64,000 nucleotides of DNA. Source: Macrostomum lignano (Eukaryota). Both the position numbers and the translations under genes were made by a program. This document shows positions 36,760 to 49,000 of this stretch, one piece after another (position 1 is the first letter of the stretch; each line of letters begins with the position of its first letter). The stretch covers positions 1-64,000 of the forward strand of contig NIVC01003555.1 of assembly GCA_002269645.1 (NCBI GenBank), in the 5' to 3' direction. The notes below the pieces were generated by a model. That model searched no databases. It saw nothing but the letters and a program-made list of their open reading frames with translations, and was not told the DNA's origin.

Positions 36760-37000
36760 TCATGAGAGATTATACTTTGAAATGAGCAAGTCTCATGAGA
36801 TATTTATTATCCTTTAAAATGAGCAAATCTCATGAGAGATTATCCTTTGGTATGAGCAAATCTCATGGGAGATTATCATTTGGGATGAGCAAATCTCATG
36901 AGAGATTATCCTTTGATATGAGCAAATCTCATGGGAGATTATCCTTTGGGATGAGTAAATCTCATGGGAGATTATCCTTTGGTATGAGCAAATCTCATAA
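36760..37000. repeat. 33-bp minisatellite ATGAGCAAATCTCATGGGAGATTATCCTTTGG
   Basis: Tandem copies upstream of LRRC47. Confidence 0.9.
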
Positions 37001-37177
37001 TCCCGTATCTCGTGTCTCGGGGGTGATTGCACCTAATATTTTGCGCATTTTGCTATTAATAACGGAGCAGGGAAGCATCGAACAGTACAGTTATTCCCAC
37101 GTTTTCTCCTGCTTCCCCGCAGCATCCCATTGTGACAGTAATCAGACAAACGCATCAGTCAGAGCCGCAGCAGCAGC

Positions 37178-40100
37178 ATGCCCTGGGAGGAGGTGAGCAA
37201 AGTCCAGCAAGAGGGCCGTCACGAGCTGGTGCTGAGCGGTCCCGAGGTTGCTCAGCGCATCGAGACGGAAGGCCTGGACCCGCTGGTGCTGCAGCTGGAG
37301 TCGTTGAACTTTCTCAGCATCTCCAAGACCGCACTTGAGCAGCTGCCGACTCCGGATGGCGGGATCCGGCTGCCGGCACTGGCCAAGCTGTGCGTGTATG
37401 AGAACCGCCTGGCTGCCCTGCCAGCCACCTTTGCGCAGTTGGCCACCTTGAAGCACCTGGACTTGAGCAACAACCGGCTGGTGTGTCTGCCGGATAACTT
37501 GCTGACTGACCTGCTGCAGCTTGAGGTGCGCGCAATTCTGTGAGATAGAATTAAATAAAAGCACTGTTGAAATGAAATCCATGAGCTTTGTCTTGCGATT
37601 CACAGCCGTTACCGTGACATGGATCGCTCAAGAATGATTGCAAACGCCTCAAATTCACTTTCTTGGCCTGGGTGAGATCTGTCAATTAAACAAGTTTTAA
37701 AACCACTCTTTCAGGTGCTGAACCTGTCTAATAATCAGTTGGAGAGCCTGCCGCGACTGGGACCTCTGTCTCACCTGCTGGACATGTACCTGAGCAACAA
37801 TAGATTGACAGCTCTGCCTGATGGTATCGACCGGCCTGAGCTGTCAAGTTTACTGTCAATCAGAGCCAACAATAACAGCATTGAGGTTGGGCCTTGTGTC
37901 TTTGATGTTTCCTTTTTTAAATGCGAGTTACAGTACCGGTACAGTAGATAGAGTCTTTGAGCTATTCCCTCCACAGTTGCAGTCAGAGTCCCCACAGGTG
38001 CAGTCAGAGTCCCCACAGGTGCAGTCAGAGTCCCCACAGGTGCAGTCAGAGTCCCCACAGGTGCAGTCAGAGTCCCCACAGGTGCAGTCAGAGTCCCCAC
38101 AGGTGCAGTCAGAGTCCCCACAGTTGCAGTCAGAGTCCCCACAGGTGCAGTCAGAGTCCCCACAGGTGCAGTCAGAGTCCCCACAGTTGCAGTCAGAGTC
38201 CCCACAGGTGTAGTCAGAGGAGTCCCCACAGGTGCAGTCAGAGTCCCCACAGGTGTAGTCAGAGGAGTCCCCACAGGTGCAGTCAGAGTCCCCACAGGTG
38301 TAGTCAGAGGAGTCCCCACAGGTGCAGTCAGAGTCCCCACAGGTGTAGTCAGAGGAGTCCCCACAGGTGCAGTCAGAGTCCCCACAGGTGTAGTCAGAGG
38401 AGTCCCCACAGGTGCAGTCAGAGTCCCCACAGGTGTAGTCAGAGGAGTCCCCACAGGTGCAGTCAGAGTCCCCACAGGTGCAGCCAGAGTCCCCAAAGGT
38501 GCAGTCAGAGTCCCCACAGGTGCAGTCAGAGGCCCCACAGGTGCAATCAGAGGCCCCGCAGGTGCAGTCAGAGGCCCCACAGGTGCAGTCAGAGTCCCCG
38601 CTGCCCGCTCAGGCCCTGCCGCCCTCGCTGTCGCGCCTGCCGTGCCTGCGGGTGCTGGACTTGGAGAACAACCGGGTCACCGAGTTGCCAGCCGACGTGA
38701 GCGGCTGCGCCAAGCTGCGCGAGCTCAACCTCAAAGGTAATAAAATTGCCGATCGCCGCTTGAAAAAGATGCTGGAAGACGACAAGGTGCAGTGCGCCTC
38801 GGTGCTGGAGTACCTGCGCAAGACCGCCGCCTCCAGGCCGGGCCAGGCCACAGCCAAGGCGGCTGGCAAGAAGCAGAAAAAGCAGCAACAACAGCAGCAG
38901 CGACTCGAGTCCGAGACTGGCGATGGAGACGATGCTGATGAAGCTGAAGCCGCCACGGTACGTGCAGTCTGGGATTCTGGCTTAAGATAGGTGGCAGGAG
39001 TGGAATTTGAGTGACAAATCCAAGTAATTGACAATTGGAGTGACTGGTCGAGTGACAGGTGGAGTGACTGTTCGAGTGACAGGTGGAGTGACTGGTCGAG
39101 TGACAGATAAGTGAGTGACTGGTCGAGTGACAGATAAGTGAGTGACTGGTCGAGTGACAGATAAGTGAGTGACTGATGGAGTGACATATAAGTGAGTGAC
39201 TGATGGAGTGACAGATAACTGAGTGACTGGTCGAGTGACATATAAGTGAGTGACTGATGGAGTGACAGATAAGTGAGTGACAGGTCAAGTGACATATAAG
39301 TGAGTGACTGATGGAGTGACAGATAAGTGAGTGACTGGTGGCCGAGTGACAGATAAGTGAGTGACTGGTGAGTGACAGATGAGTGACTTAGGTTTAAGAG
39401 ATAAGCCAGCTAATGCTGAGCAGCTGGTACCCCCTCCTCACCAGATCGACATCCGGCACTGGCGCCCTGAGTCGGATCTGACTGCCCGCCTGCACGAGTC
39501 GGTGCTGGAGGTGCGGCCCTACCTGGTGCTGTGCGCCGTCCGCAACATCGACCTGGCCAGCGCGCCAGGCCGCTTCAAAGCCTTCCTGGCCTGCCAGCAG
39601 GCGCTGCACGACGGCCTCGCCGACCGGCGGCAGAAGCTGACGGTGGCCAGCCACGATCTGGACAAGATCCGCTTCCCCCTGACCTTCGAGGCCCGGCCAC
39701 CGGCCGAGATCGTGTTCCGGCCGCTCAAGTCGGCCAAAGAGGAATCGGCCGCCGAGCTGTTCCGCCGGCTCCGTCAAGAGGCCGAGGACGAGCGGAAGGC
39801 GAAGAAGCGGAACACGGTGTCCGGGGTGCACCGCTACCTGTCCCTGCTGGAGGGCCGGCCGGGCTACCCAGTGCTGCTGGACCGGGACCAGCGGGTGCTG
39901 TCCCTGCCGCCCATCACCAATGCCGAGCTCAGCAGGATCGGCCCGGAGACCCGGAATCTGCTGCTGGAGGTGAGGGGAATCTGCTGCTGGAGGTGAGGGG
40001 AATCTGCTGCTGGAGGTGAGGGGAATCTGCTGCTGGAGGTGAGGGGAATCTGCTGCTGTAGGTGAGGGGAATCTGCTGCTGGAGGTGAGGGGAATCTGTT

Positions 40101-40820
40101 ACTGGAGGTGAGGGCGTCCGCGCCTGGAATCGCCTAATGACTCAGCCACCCCATAAGAATCGCCCCTCAGCCACCTCATAATAATCGCCCCTCAGCCAGC
40201 CCAAAAGAATCGTCCCTCATCTACCCCATGAGAATCGCCCCTCAGCCACCCCATGAGAATCGCCCCTCAGCCACCCCATGAGAATCGCCCCTCAGCCACC
40301 TCATAAGAATCGCCCCTCAGCCACCCCATAAGAATCGCCCCTCAGCCACCCCATGAGAATCGCCCCTCAGCCACTCCATAAGAATCGCCCCTCAGCCACT
40401 CCATAAGAATCGCCCCTCAGCCACCCAATGAGAATCGCCCCTCAGCCACCCCATGAGAATCGCCCCTCAGCCACCCATGAGAATCGCCCCTCAGCCACCC
40501 CATGAGAATCGCCCCTCAGCCAGCCCATAAGAATCGCCCCTCAGCCACCCCATGAGAATCGCCCCTCAGCCAGCCCACGCCAACCTGCACCGCAGGTGAG
40601 TGGGCACAGCCGCCTGGAGCTGTGCAAGCAGGCCATGGAGCAGCTCATCTCCTGGCTGCTGTCCTCAGCCCTGAAAGACGACCCCGCGAACGAGGCCGGG
40701 CTGGCCATCGAGCAGGTGCGCACGCTGGACTGGGAGGGCGGCCTCCGGGTGGTGTACCCGTCGCGAACCGACCTGGTCAGCTGCGAGACCAGCTCGTGCC
40801 GGTTCAACCGGCCTGGATGA
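37178..40820 (+). CDS. LRRC47: Leucine-rich repeat-containing protein 47 (LRRs plus a PheRS-beta B3/4-like domain), ~537 aa. Exons: 37178-37525, 37715-37885, 38613-38957, 39445-39969, 40596-40820.
   Basis: MPWEEVSKVQQEGRHELVLSG is followed by LRRs and IADRRLKKML. The B3/4-like region reads VRPYLVLCAVR...FKAFLACQQALHD...TVASHDL...RQEAEDERKAKKRNTVSGVHRYLSLL...VLSLPPITNAELSRI. The C-terminus is LRVVYPSRTDL. All phase-0 GT-AG introns. Confidence 0.95.
37970..38600. repeat. 21-bp minisatellite GCAGTCAGAGTCCCCACAGGT (with 25-bp variants) in LRRC47 intron 2
   Basis: Tandem copies. Confidence 0.95.
39030..39385. repeat. ~27-bp minisatellite GAGTGACTGGTCGAGTGACAGATAAGT
   Basis: Tandem copies in LRRC47 intron 3. 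Confidence 0.9.
39953..40113 (+). repeat. 7 tandem copies of the 23-bp exon/intron junction GGAATCTGCTGCTGGAG|GTGAGG
   Basis: GT donors at 39970, 39993, 40016, 40039, 40062, 40085, 40108. Confidence 0.95.
40140..40580. repeat. 25-bp minisatellite GAGAATCGCCCCTCAGCCACCCCAT
   Basis: Tandem copies in LRRC47 intron 4. Confidence 0.95.
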
Positions 40821-41349
40821 CCGACTGAACAGAGGAGCGGCTTCATCTGTGTGGATGCTGGAGGAGTCTTCCTTTGATGATGAGTTCTGAAGTCAATCGA
40901 GTCATTCGTTAATAACAGCAGGCTAAATGTTTTAATGTGACTTCAACTATAAACTGAAAAGTATAGACCATTTTCCAAGCCAATCGAGCCTAGGACCTCA
41001 GTGGGAGAATCCGGCTTCATAGGCGGCCGCCTTTTGAGCCATAGACAGTGAAAAGCAAGCCTTCAAATGCTCAGTTGGTTAGGAAAATGCCATACTGATG
41101 GTGTCATACTGATGTAATCCGAATTGAAGCTGTAAGCGCATTTTTTGTTCTCTGATTGAATAAACAAAATAAATCTAATTGACGACGGAAAACACGTGAC
41201 TGACGCGCCTTTATGGGACAAATTCCAGTGTGCTGGAAGTTAAACTTGCATCCAGATCTGGCTTTCTTATTGCTTATTTCTAAGAAAATTGCCCGAGTTT
41301 TTGGAAGAACTTTTGTAAAGCTGAGCACACTTCTGACTCAATAGACACT

Positions 41350-42580
41350 TCACACTGTGGAGTCTGGACACTTCACAAAATGTGGACACTTCAGTCTGGA
41401 CACTTCACAGACTGTGAAAACTTCACAGACTGTGGAAACTTCATAGACTGGACACTTCACATACTGGACACTTCACAGACTGGACACTTCATAGGCTGGA
41501 CACTTCACAGACTGGACACTTCACATACTTCACAGACTGGACACTTCACATACTGGACACTTCACAGACTGGACACTTCACAGACTGGACACTTCACAGA
41601 CTGGACACTTCACATACTTCACAGACTGGACACTTCACATACTTCACATACTTCACAGACTGGACACTTCACACACTGGACACTTCACACACTGGAAATT
41701 TCATAGACTGGACACTTCACAGACTGGACACTTCACATACTGGACACTTCACAGACTGGACACTTCACATACTGGACACTTCACAGACTGGAAACTTCAC
41801 ATACTGGAAACTTCACAGACTGGACACTTCACATACTGGACACTTCACAGACTGGAAACTTCACATACTGGACACTTCACAGACTGGACACTTCACATAC
41901 TGGACACTTCACAGACTGGACACTTCACACACTGGAAACTTCACAGACTGGACACTTCACATACTGGACACTTCACATACTGGACACTTCACAGACTGGA
42001 CACTTCACATACTGGACACTTCACAGACTGGACACTTCACACACTGGAAACTTCACAGACTGGACACTTCACATACTGGATACTTCACAGACTGGACACT
42101 TCACATACTGGATACTTCATATACTGGACACTTCACAGACTGGACACTTCACAGACTGGACACTTCACATACTGGATACTTCACATACTGGACACTTCAC
42201 AGACTGGACACTTCACAGACTGGACACTTCACATACTGGATACTTCATATACTGGACACTTCACAGACTGGACACTTCACAGACTGGACACTTCACAGAC
42301 TGGACACTTCACAGACTGGACACTTCACATACTGGATACTTCATATACTGGACACTTCACATACTGGATACTTCATATACTGGACACTTCACAGACTGGA
42401 CACTTCACAGACTGGACACTTCACATACTGGATACTTCATATACTGGACACTTCACAGACTGGACACTTCACAGACTGGACACTTCACATACTGGATACT
42501 TCATATACTGGACACTTCACACACTGGAAACTTCACAGACTGGACACTTCACATACTGGATACTTCATATACTGAACACT
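41350..42580. repeat. 16-bp minisatellite ACTGGACACTTCACAG/T, ~1.2 kb
   Basis: Long intergenic tandem array. Confidence 0.97.
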
Positions 42581-43086
42581 TTAACTCGCAGAAATTCTCA
42601 GCTGACTTCGTTTTCGAAAGATTTAAAACAAACCTTTTGAGTTCATAAAATTTCTAGGAGAATGGATGAAGCGAGCCCATCCGCTACTAATAGTAGTAGT
42701 CGCGTGTGTAATCTGCACTGAATGGCCTTGCAAGCGCAGTTTCAATGCTATAAAACAAGCGGCCTGTCCTTTGCTTCACTGAATAATGTACGCTCCTCTA
42801 TTCTTCATGCAATGGGCCGGGATAGGCTGAGAAGCAGGGGCAGACGGGCTTGAATTTGAGTCTTCTCACATTGGGTGCGCCAGTGCGAAATCTGCGCTTC
42901 TACAGTGGGTGGGCGGGCAGCTGTTGCTGTTGCAGAGACACTTTTGTAAGGCGCATTGTGGCGCACCCTATTTAAATTATCTTGGGTGGGTCTCTCTGGG
43001 CTTATTGTGAATTTCTCTGCGGCTTCCATCGTTTTCTCACGCGCTGAAGAAGATCAAACTAAAAGAAACCTAAGCGACCAAGGAGA

Positions 43087-46000
43087 ATGAAGCCGCTGAT
43101 TTCTGTTGCGTTGCTTCTAGTAGCAGCAGCAGGAATTCCTTCTTGCCTCGGACAGCTGGTCTGGGTAAACGACTGCAGCGCCACTTTCAAGCTAGGCTTG
43201 CAGGAAAATGTCCCAGTGGGAACTCGGCTCTGCACCCTGGCCGCTACCTACAATAACAATAGTGCTCGGGTGACTTACGAAGCGGTTAGCGATAATTTCA
43301 ATGTGAACACCACGACTGGAGTGCTGAGCATGGCCAGGATCATCGACAGAGAGGTGCGTTACCTGCCCTCGTTAGCAGGGCCTTTGCGGGGCTAAATGCA
43401 ATCCTGACACCCTGATAGCGTCCTGACACCCTGCTGACGTCCTGACACCCTGCTGACGTCCTGACACCCTGCTAGCGTCCTGACACCCCTGCTAGCATCC
43501 TGACACCCTTGCTGATGTCCTGACACCCTGCAAGCATCTTGACACACTTGCTGATGTTCTGACACCCAGCTAGCGTCCTGACACCCTTGCTGATGTCCTG
43601 ACACCCTGCTAGCATCCTGACACACTTGCTGATGTCCTGATACCCTGCTAGCATCCTGACACCCTTGCTGATTTCCTGACACCTGCTAGCGACCTTCACC
43701 CTTGCTGATGTCCTGACACCCTGCTAGCGACCTGGTACCCTGCTAGCATCCAGGCATCCTGATGACGTCCTGACACCACCACCACCACCATGACACCCTC
43801 AGGCTTTCTCTGCCTGATACTTATGCACCCAAAGACGGTGCATAGTGGCTGTGAGAACAAAAGTCAGCGCATTTCATTCACACCCACAGACCATAGACCC
43901 GGCCAGCAGAGACACGGTGCTGCTGACAGTGCGGGCCAGATACAACCCAGCCTCTCTATCCATCGAAGCCGCCATCACCATCACCATCTTGGACGTCAAC
44001 GACAATCAGCCGCAGTTTGAAGGCCAACCGTATTCCGCCAGCGTGTCGGAAGCGGCTCCAAACGGCACCGTGTTCTACTCAGGCATCGTGGCCACCGACT
44101 CAGACGCCGGAACCAACGCCGAGCTGACGCTCAGCTGCATCAACTGCGCCAAGTTCCACCTCTTCCAGACCCGACTGGCCGCCAACCGGTACCAGGGCTC
44201 GCTGATGCTGGTCGAGCCCGTGGACTACGAGCAGGACACTTACTACATCGTCACCGTCTTGGCCAAGGACAGTAGCGCCACCAACCCGCTCAACCGCACC
44301 GTCAACGTCATCGTCACCATCGGCGACGCCCAGGACACGCCGCCGGTGTTCCGCGACCGCTACATCAGCTTCACCATCACCGAGAACAACACCGTCGTGT
44401 CCGCGCTCGGCTACGTTGAGGCCCGCGACGGCGACGGTGGCGACAACCTCGGCCGGCCAGTGGTGCTTGACATTGTCAACGACCCGATCGGGGCCTTCCT
44501 TTTCAGGGCAACGCTGGACCCGCTGCTCAGCTCGGTGTACTACCGGGGCGAGCTGGTGCTGAAGCCGGGCGCGGTGCTGGATCGCGAGGCCTGGTACGGC
44601 AACTTCTACAGCTTCAACATCAGCGCCACGGAGATTTACTCGAAGTCGAACACCACAAAAACTGACGCGGTAAGGCAGAACGCAGTCGAGATAATCGTCA
44701 TCGACATCAACGACAACATTCCGGCATTCGTCGACGGGCCAATCTTCAACGTGACCACGCCGGAGAACCTCGCCAATTTGTCCGTCATCGGCGGCCTGGA
44801 CATTCTGGTGCGAGACGCGGACGGCACGTCCAGGTACAACACGATGAACGTGTCCGTGCAGTCGTCCACGTACGCCAACGTGTTCGCTATCACGCCAAGC
44901 ACAGTGGTTGGCCAGGGCACCTGCAACCTGCTGGTCATGGACTCTACCAAGCTAGACTACGAGGTGCCTGCCTACCGAGAGCATGAGGTGGTGCTGCTGC
45001 TCCAGGAGGCCGGCACAACCGAGAAGTTCTCTTCCTCGGCGACTATCTATATTCGGCTGACTGACATCAACGATAATGCCCCCACCTTTGGGGGCAATTC
45101 CTCGTTTTTTCAGTGAGTAGTTCGCTTCCAGCATTGGGCAACGTTTATACGAGCTAGTAGACAAACAGCCTGGGAAGTGTCGTTCGATGTGATTCTGCAC
45201 TGGGAAGTGGCTCTCGAGGGGCAAACAGAAAAAGATCAGATGTGTCCATAATGGGTCCGGTTTTACTATATATTTTTGGGCTCCTGGCCCCACCTTTGCC
45301 AGGCATGCTGTGGCACTAAAGATACGTACATATGATGCATGCATACGTACGCGTCCGAGTGTTCAGAGGATCCACAGCCTAGGCCATCACAGATGTCACA
45401 GACGGCGTTGCGCCACGGTGCCTATCGCCCATCTGTGTGTACTTTTCATGGTTTTCTAGGAAAGTGTAAAAGGTCCCCTGGGATTGAGGTCCTTTTACAC
45501 TTACGAAAGCAAGCCAACTGCATGCACGCACATACCGCCCACAGGTTCAGCGTGCTGGAGATTCGCCCGGTCGGCTGGCTGGTCGGCCACGTCCGCGCCA
45601 CCGACCGCGACTCCGGCCTGCTCGGCGAGGTGACCCACTCGCTCAGCGGGTCGAACGCCGACAAACTGTCAATCAACGCCACGACTGGCCAGCTGAATCT
45701 GGCCAAGCCGCTCAACTACGACATCGAGAAGGAGTTCAGCGTCACGGTGATCGCGACCGACGGCGGCGGACTGTCATCTGCCGCTGTGGTCTATATCAAC
45801 GTTCAGGACTATAATGACAAGGCGCCATACTTCAGCCAGGACCGCTACACCGCCACCATCAATGAGCAGTCGACCATTCTCATCCCGCCGCTGGTGCTCA
45901 AGACAAACGACACGGACACGACGGTGCCGATCAAATTCAGCATCATCAGCGGCAACACGCCGGACAATGGGTTCCGCATCGTCAACCAGAACTCCAGCCT

Positions 46001-49000
46001 GCTCAACGGCGAGCTTATCATCACCCGGTCTGGCGGCTTCAACTTCACGGACACTCCGTCCGGCACCTTCGGACGCTTCATTTTGCACGTGCTGGCCCAG
46101 GACGAAGGTGACCCGCCGCTGAACGCCACCACCATTGTTGAGATCAGCCTCCGCGACATCAACAACAACCCGCCCATCTTCAATCCGAAGAACTACTCGG
46201 CGGTGATCAAGGAGACCACGGCGGAGGGCACCATCATCGCCACTCTGACGGCCACGGATGCTGACATTGACGCGGAGACCAACAAGAGGATCACCTACCA
46301 GCTGCAGTCGGGCAGCGTCGAGAAGTTCACCATCAACAGCCTCACCGGGGAGCTCAGCGTGGCCAGGACCAACAATTTCGACATCAACCGGGAGGGCAGC
46401 CTCTTCTATGTGCAGGTGGTGGCCAGAGACAACGGCGCGCCCACCCAGTCCGACGTGGCCTCCGTCTACGTCACCGTGCTGGACGCGAACAACAAGAATC
46501 CGTTCTTCTTCCAGCCGCTGTACATCTTCCAGATTGTCGAGGACACCCCCATCGGCAGCCTGGTGGGCTTCGTGAACGCCAGCGATCAGGACAGCAACGC
46601 TCGCCTGGAGTTCACCGTGAATCCCACCTCCATCACCGCCATGAATCCATTCAGCATCCCGGTGACGTCCCGGGCTCCGTTCGACTATCTGGCCGCCTTC
46701 CAGATGAACAGCAGCGGCTTCATCACCACCCAGTTGGTGATGAACCGCGACGCCGTCGCCCAGGTCCAGATGGTTGCGGTGGTCCGCGACCTCAACGCCG
46801 AGCTGCCGCCGATCCAGACCGCCACCAGCACGGTGGTGATCCAAATCACCCAGCGGAGCTCCCGCTCGCCGGTGTTCAGCGCGCCCTGGTCCGTGTCCAG
46901 CCCGCAGATCCTGGTGCCGATGCCGGAGGGCCTCCCAGTCGGCACCACCATCATCACCCTGGTGGCCAGCGACCCGTCCACCAACGAGAAGGTGACCAAC
47001 TTCCGCGTCATCCCCGGATCGGACAGCGAGAGCGCCTTCACGCTGGACTCGCGCACCGGCACCCTGACGCTGAACAAAGTGCTGGACTACGAGAACCGGA
47101 TCAACAAGCGGCTGTCGGTGATTGTGGAGGCCCGCACCAGCGCCAACACCACGGCGCTCTGCACTGTCTACGTCATCATCGAGGACATCAACGATAATCC
47201 GCCCGTGTGAGTGGCTGAGCCGCGTTTTGGGGAAGTGGGGGAGGAGTATGGCGAGTGCGATGGAGAGTAGGAGAGGGTGGGAGAGAGTGAGAGAGAGTGG
47301 GAGAGAGTGAGAGAGAGTGAGAGAGAGTGAGAGAGAGTGAGAGAGAGTGGGAGAGAGTGAGAGAGAGTGGGAGAGAGTGAGAGAGAGTGAGAGAGAGAGT
47401 GAGAGAGAGAGAGAGAGAGTGGGAGAGAGTGAGAGAGAGTGGGAGAGAGTGAGAGAGAGTGGGAGAGAGAGGGAGAGAGTGAGAGAGAGTGGGAGAGAGT
47501 GGGAGAGAGTGAGAGAGAGTGGGAGAGAGTGAGAGAGAGTGAGAGAGAGTGAGAGAGAGTGAGAGAGAGAGTGGGAGAGAGTGAGAGAGAGTGGGAGAGA
47601 GTGAGAGAGAGTGAGAGAGAGAGTGAGAGAGAGTGAGAGAGAGTGGGAGAGAGTGAGAGAGAGTGGGAGAGAGTGAGAGAGAGTGGGAGAGAGAGGGAGA
47701 GAGTGAGAGAGAGTGGGAGAGAGTGGGAGAGAGTGAGAGAGAGTGGGAGAGAGTGAGAGAGAGTGAGAGAGAGTGAGAGAGAGTGGGAGAGAGTGAGAGA
47801 GAGTGGGAGAGAGAGGGAGAGAGTGAGAGAGAGTGGGAGAGAGTGAGAGAGAGTGAGAGAGAGTGAGAGAGAGTGGGAGAGAGTGAGAGAGAGTGAGAGA
47901 GAGTGAGAGAGAGTGGGAGAGAGTGAGAGAGAGTGAGAGAGAGTGAGAGAGAGTGGGAGAGAGTGAGAGAGAGTGGGAGAGAGTGAGAGAGAGTGGGAGA
48001 GAGTGAGAGAGAGTGGGAGAGAGTGAGAGAGAGTGAGAGAGAGTGAGAGAGAGTGGGAGAGAGTGAGAGAGAGTGGGAGAGAGTGAGAGAGGGTGAGAGA
48101 GAGTGGGAGAGAGTGAGAGAGAGTGGGAGAGAGTGAGAGAGAGTGGGAGAGAGTGAGAGAGAGTGGGAGAGAGTGAGAGCGCCTGAGAGATCAATTACTT
48201 TCAGACTTCCCAAACCTCTTAAACAGCAGTGAAATCCCACTCAAACCAACTCGCAGATTCCTATCTTCATCTTACGCCTTCCTGGTCTCAGAGGACACCC
48301 GCTATCCGCAGGAGTTCGGCCTGGTGGTTGCCACAGACGCAGACAGCGGCGACTATGGCACGCTGAGGTACTCGCTGCGGGGCACCGGGTCTGAGCTGTT
48401 CTTCCTCGACCCGGTGTTCGGCACCATCCGGCCAGCGCCGGGGGTCACGCTGGACCGCGAGGCCAAGTCGCAGTTTGACTTTCTGGTACGTTCGAAGATT
48501 GCTGTTTTTGTTGTGGGTGAAACAAATGTTCCCCATAGATATTTATTTCCGTGACTGCGCTAATGTTAATATGAAGAGATCGAACGGACCAAACTAGAAA
48601 GGAACAAAAACAAAATTAATTAAGAGCTAAGCTCAGCGTCAATGACCCATGCATACATTGAAGTCTTAAAGCCAAAGTACAACAGTTTTAGCATCAGTTA
48701 AACTCCGAGCTCTTGCAACCATGCCTAATTCAAATTCGGGCCAAAAAGGAAGTAGTTAAACAAATGGTTAGAAAACCAAAGACAGTTCTAAATTGTAAAA
48801 AAGTTTTACACTTTTTAAATTTAATCAACCACTTTGGTGTCTTATACCTGAGAAGTACTTACGTTTTCTAAAGCACTGCATTTGTTTTTCACCGTTTGTT
48901 TAAGTATACTCATTTTGGCGCTAATTTGAATTGGATTATGTTGAACGAATGAATTTACAAATGACTTATGCAACAATGAAATTGCATTTTAAATCGCCTT

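Noticed and set aside
42805-43029. 74-aa ATG-initiated minus-strand ORF head-to-head with the cadherin start
   Set aside because: No recognisable motif, no GC3 bias and no convincing downstream exon. It is more likely cadherin 5'UTR/promoter sequence, though it cannot be fully excluded.
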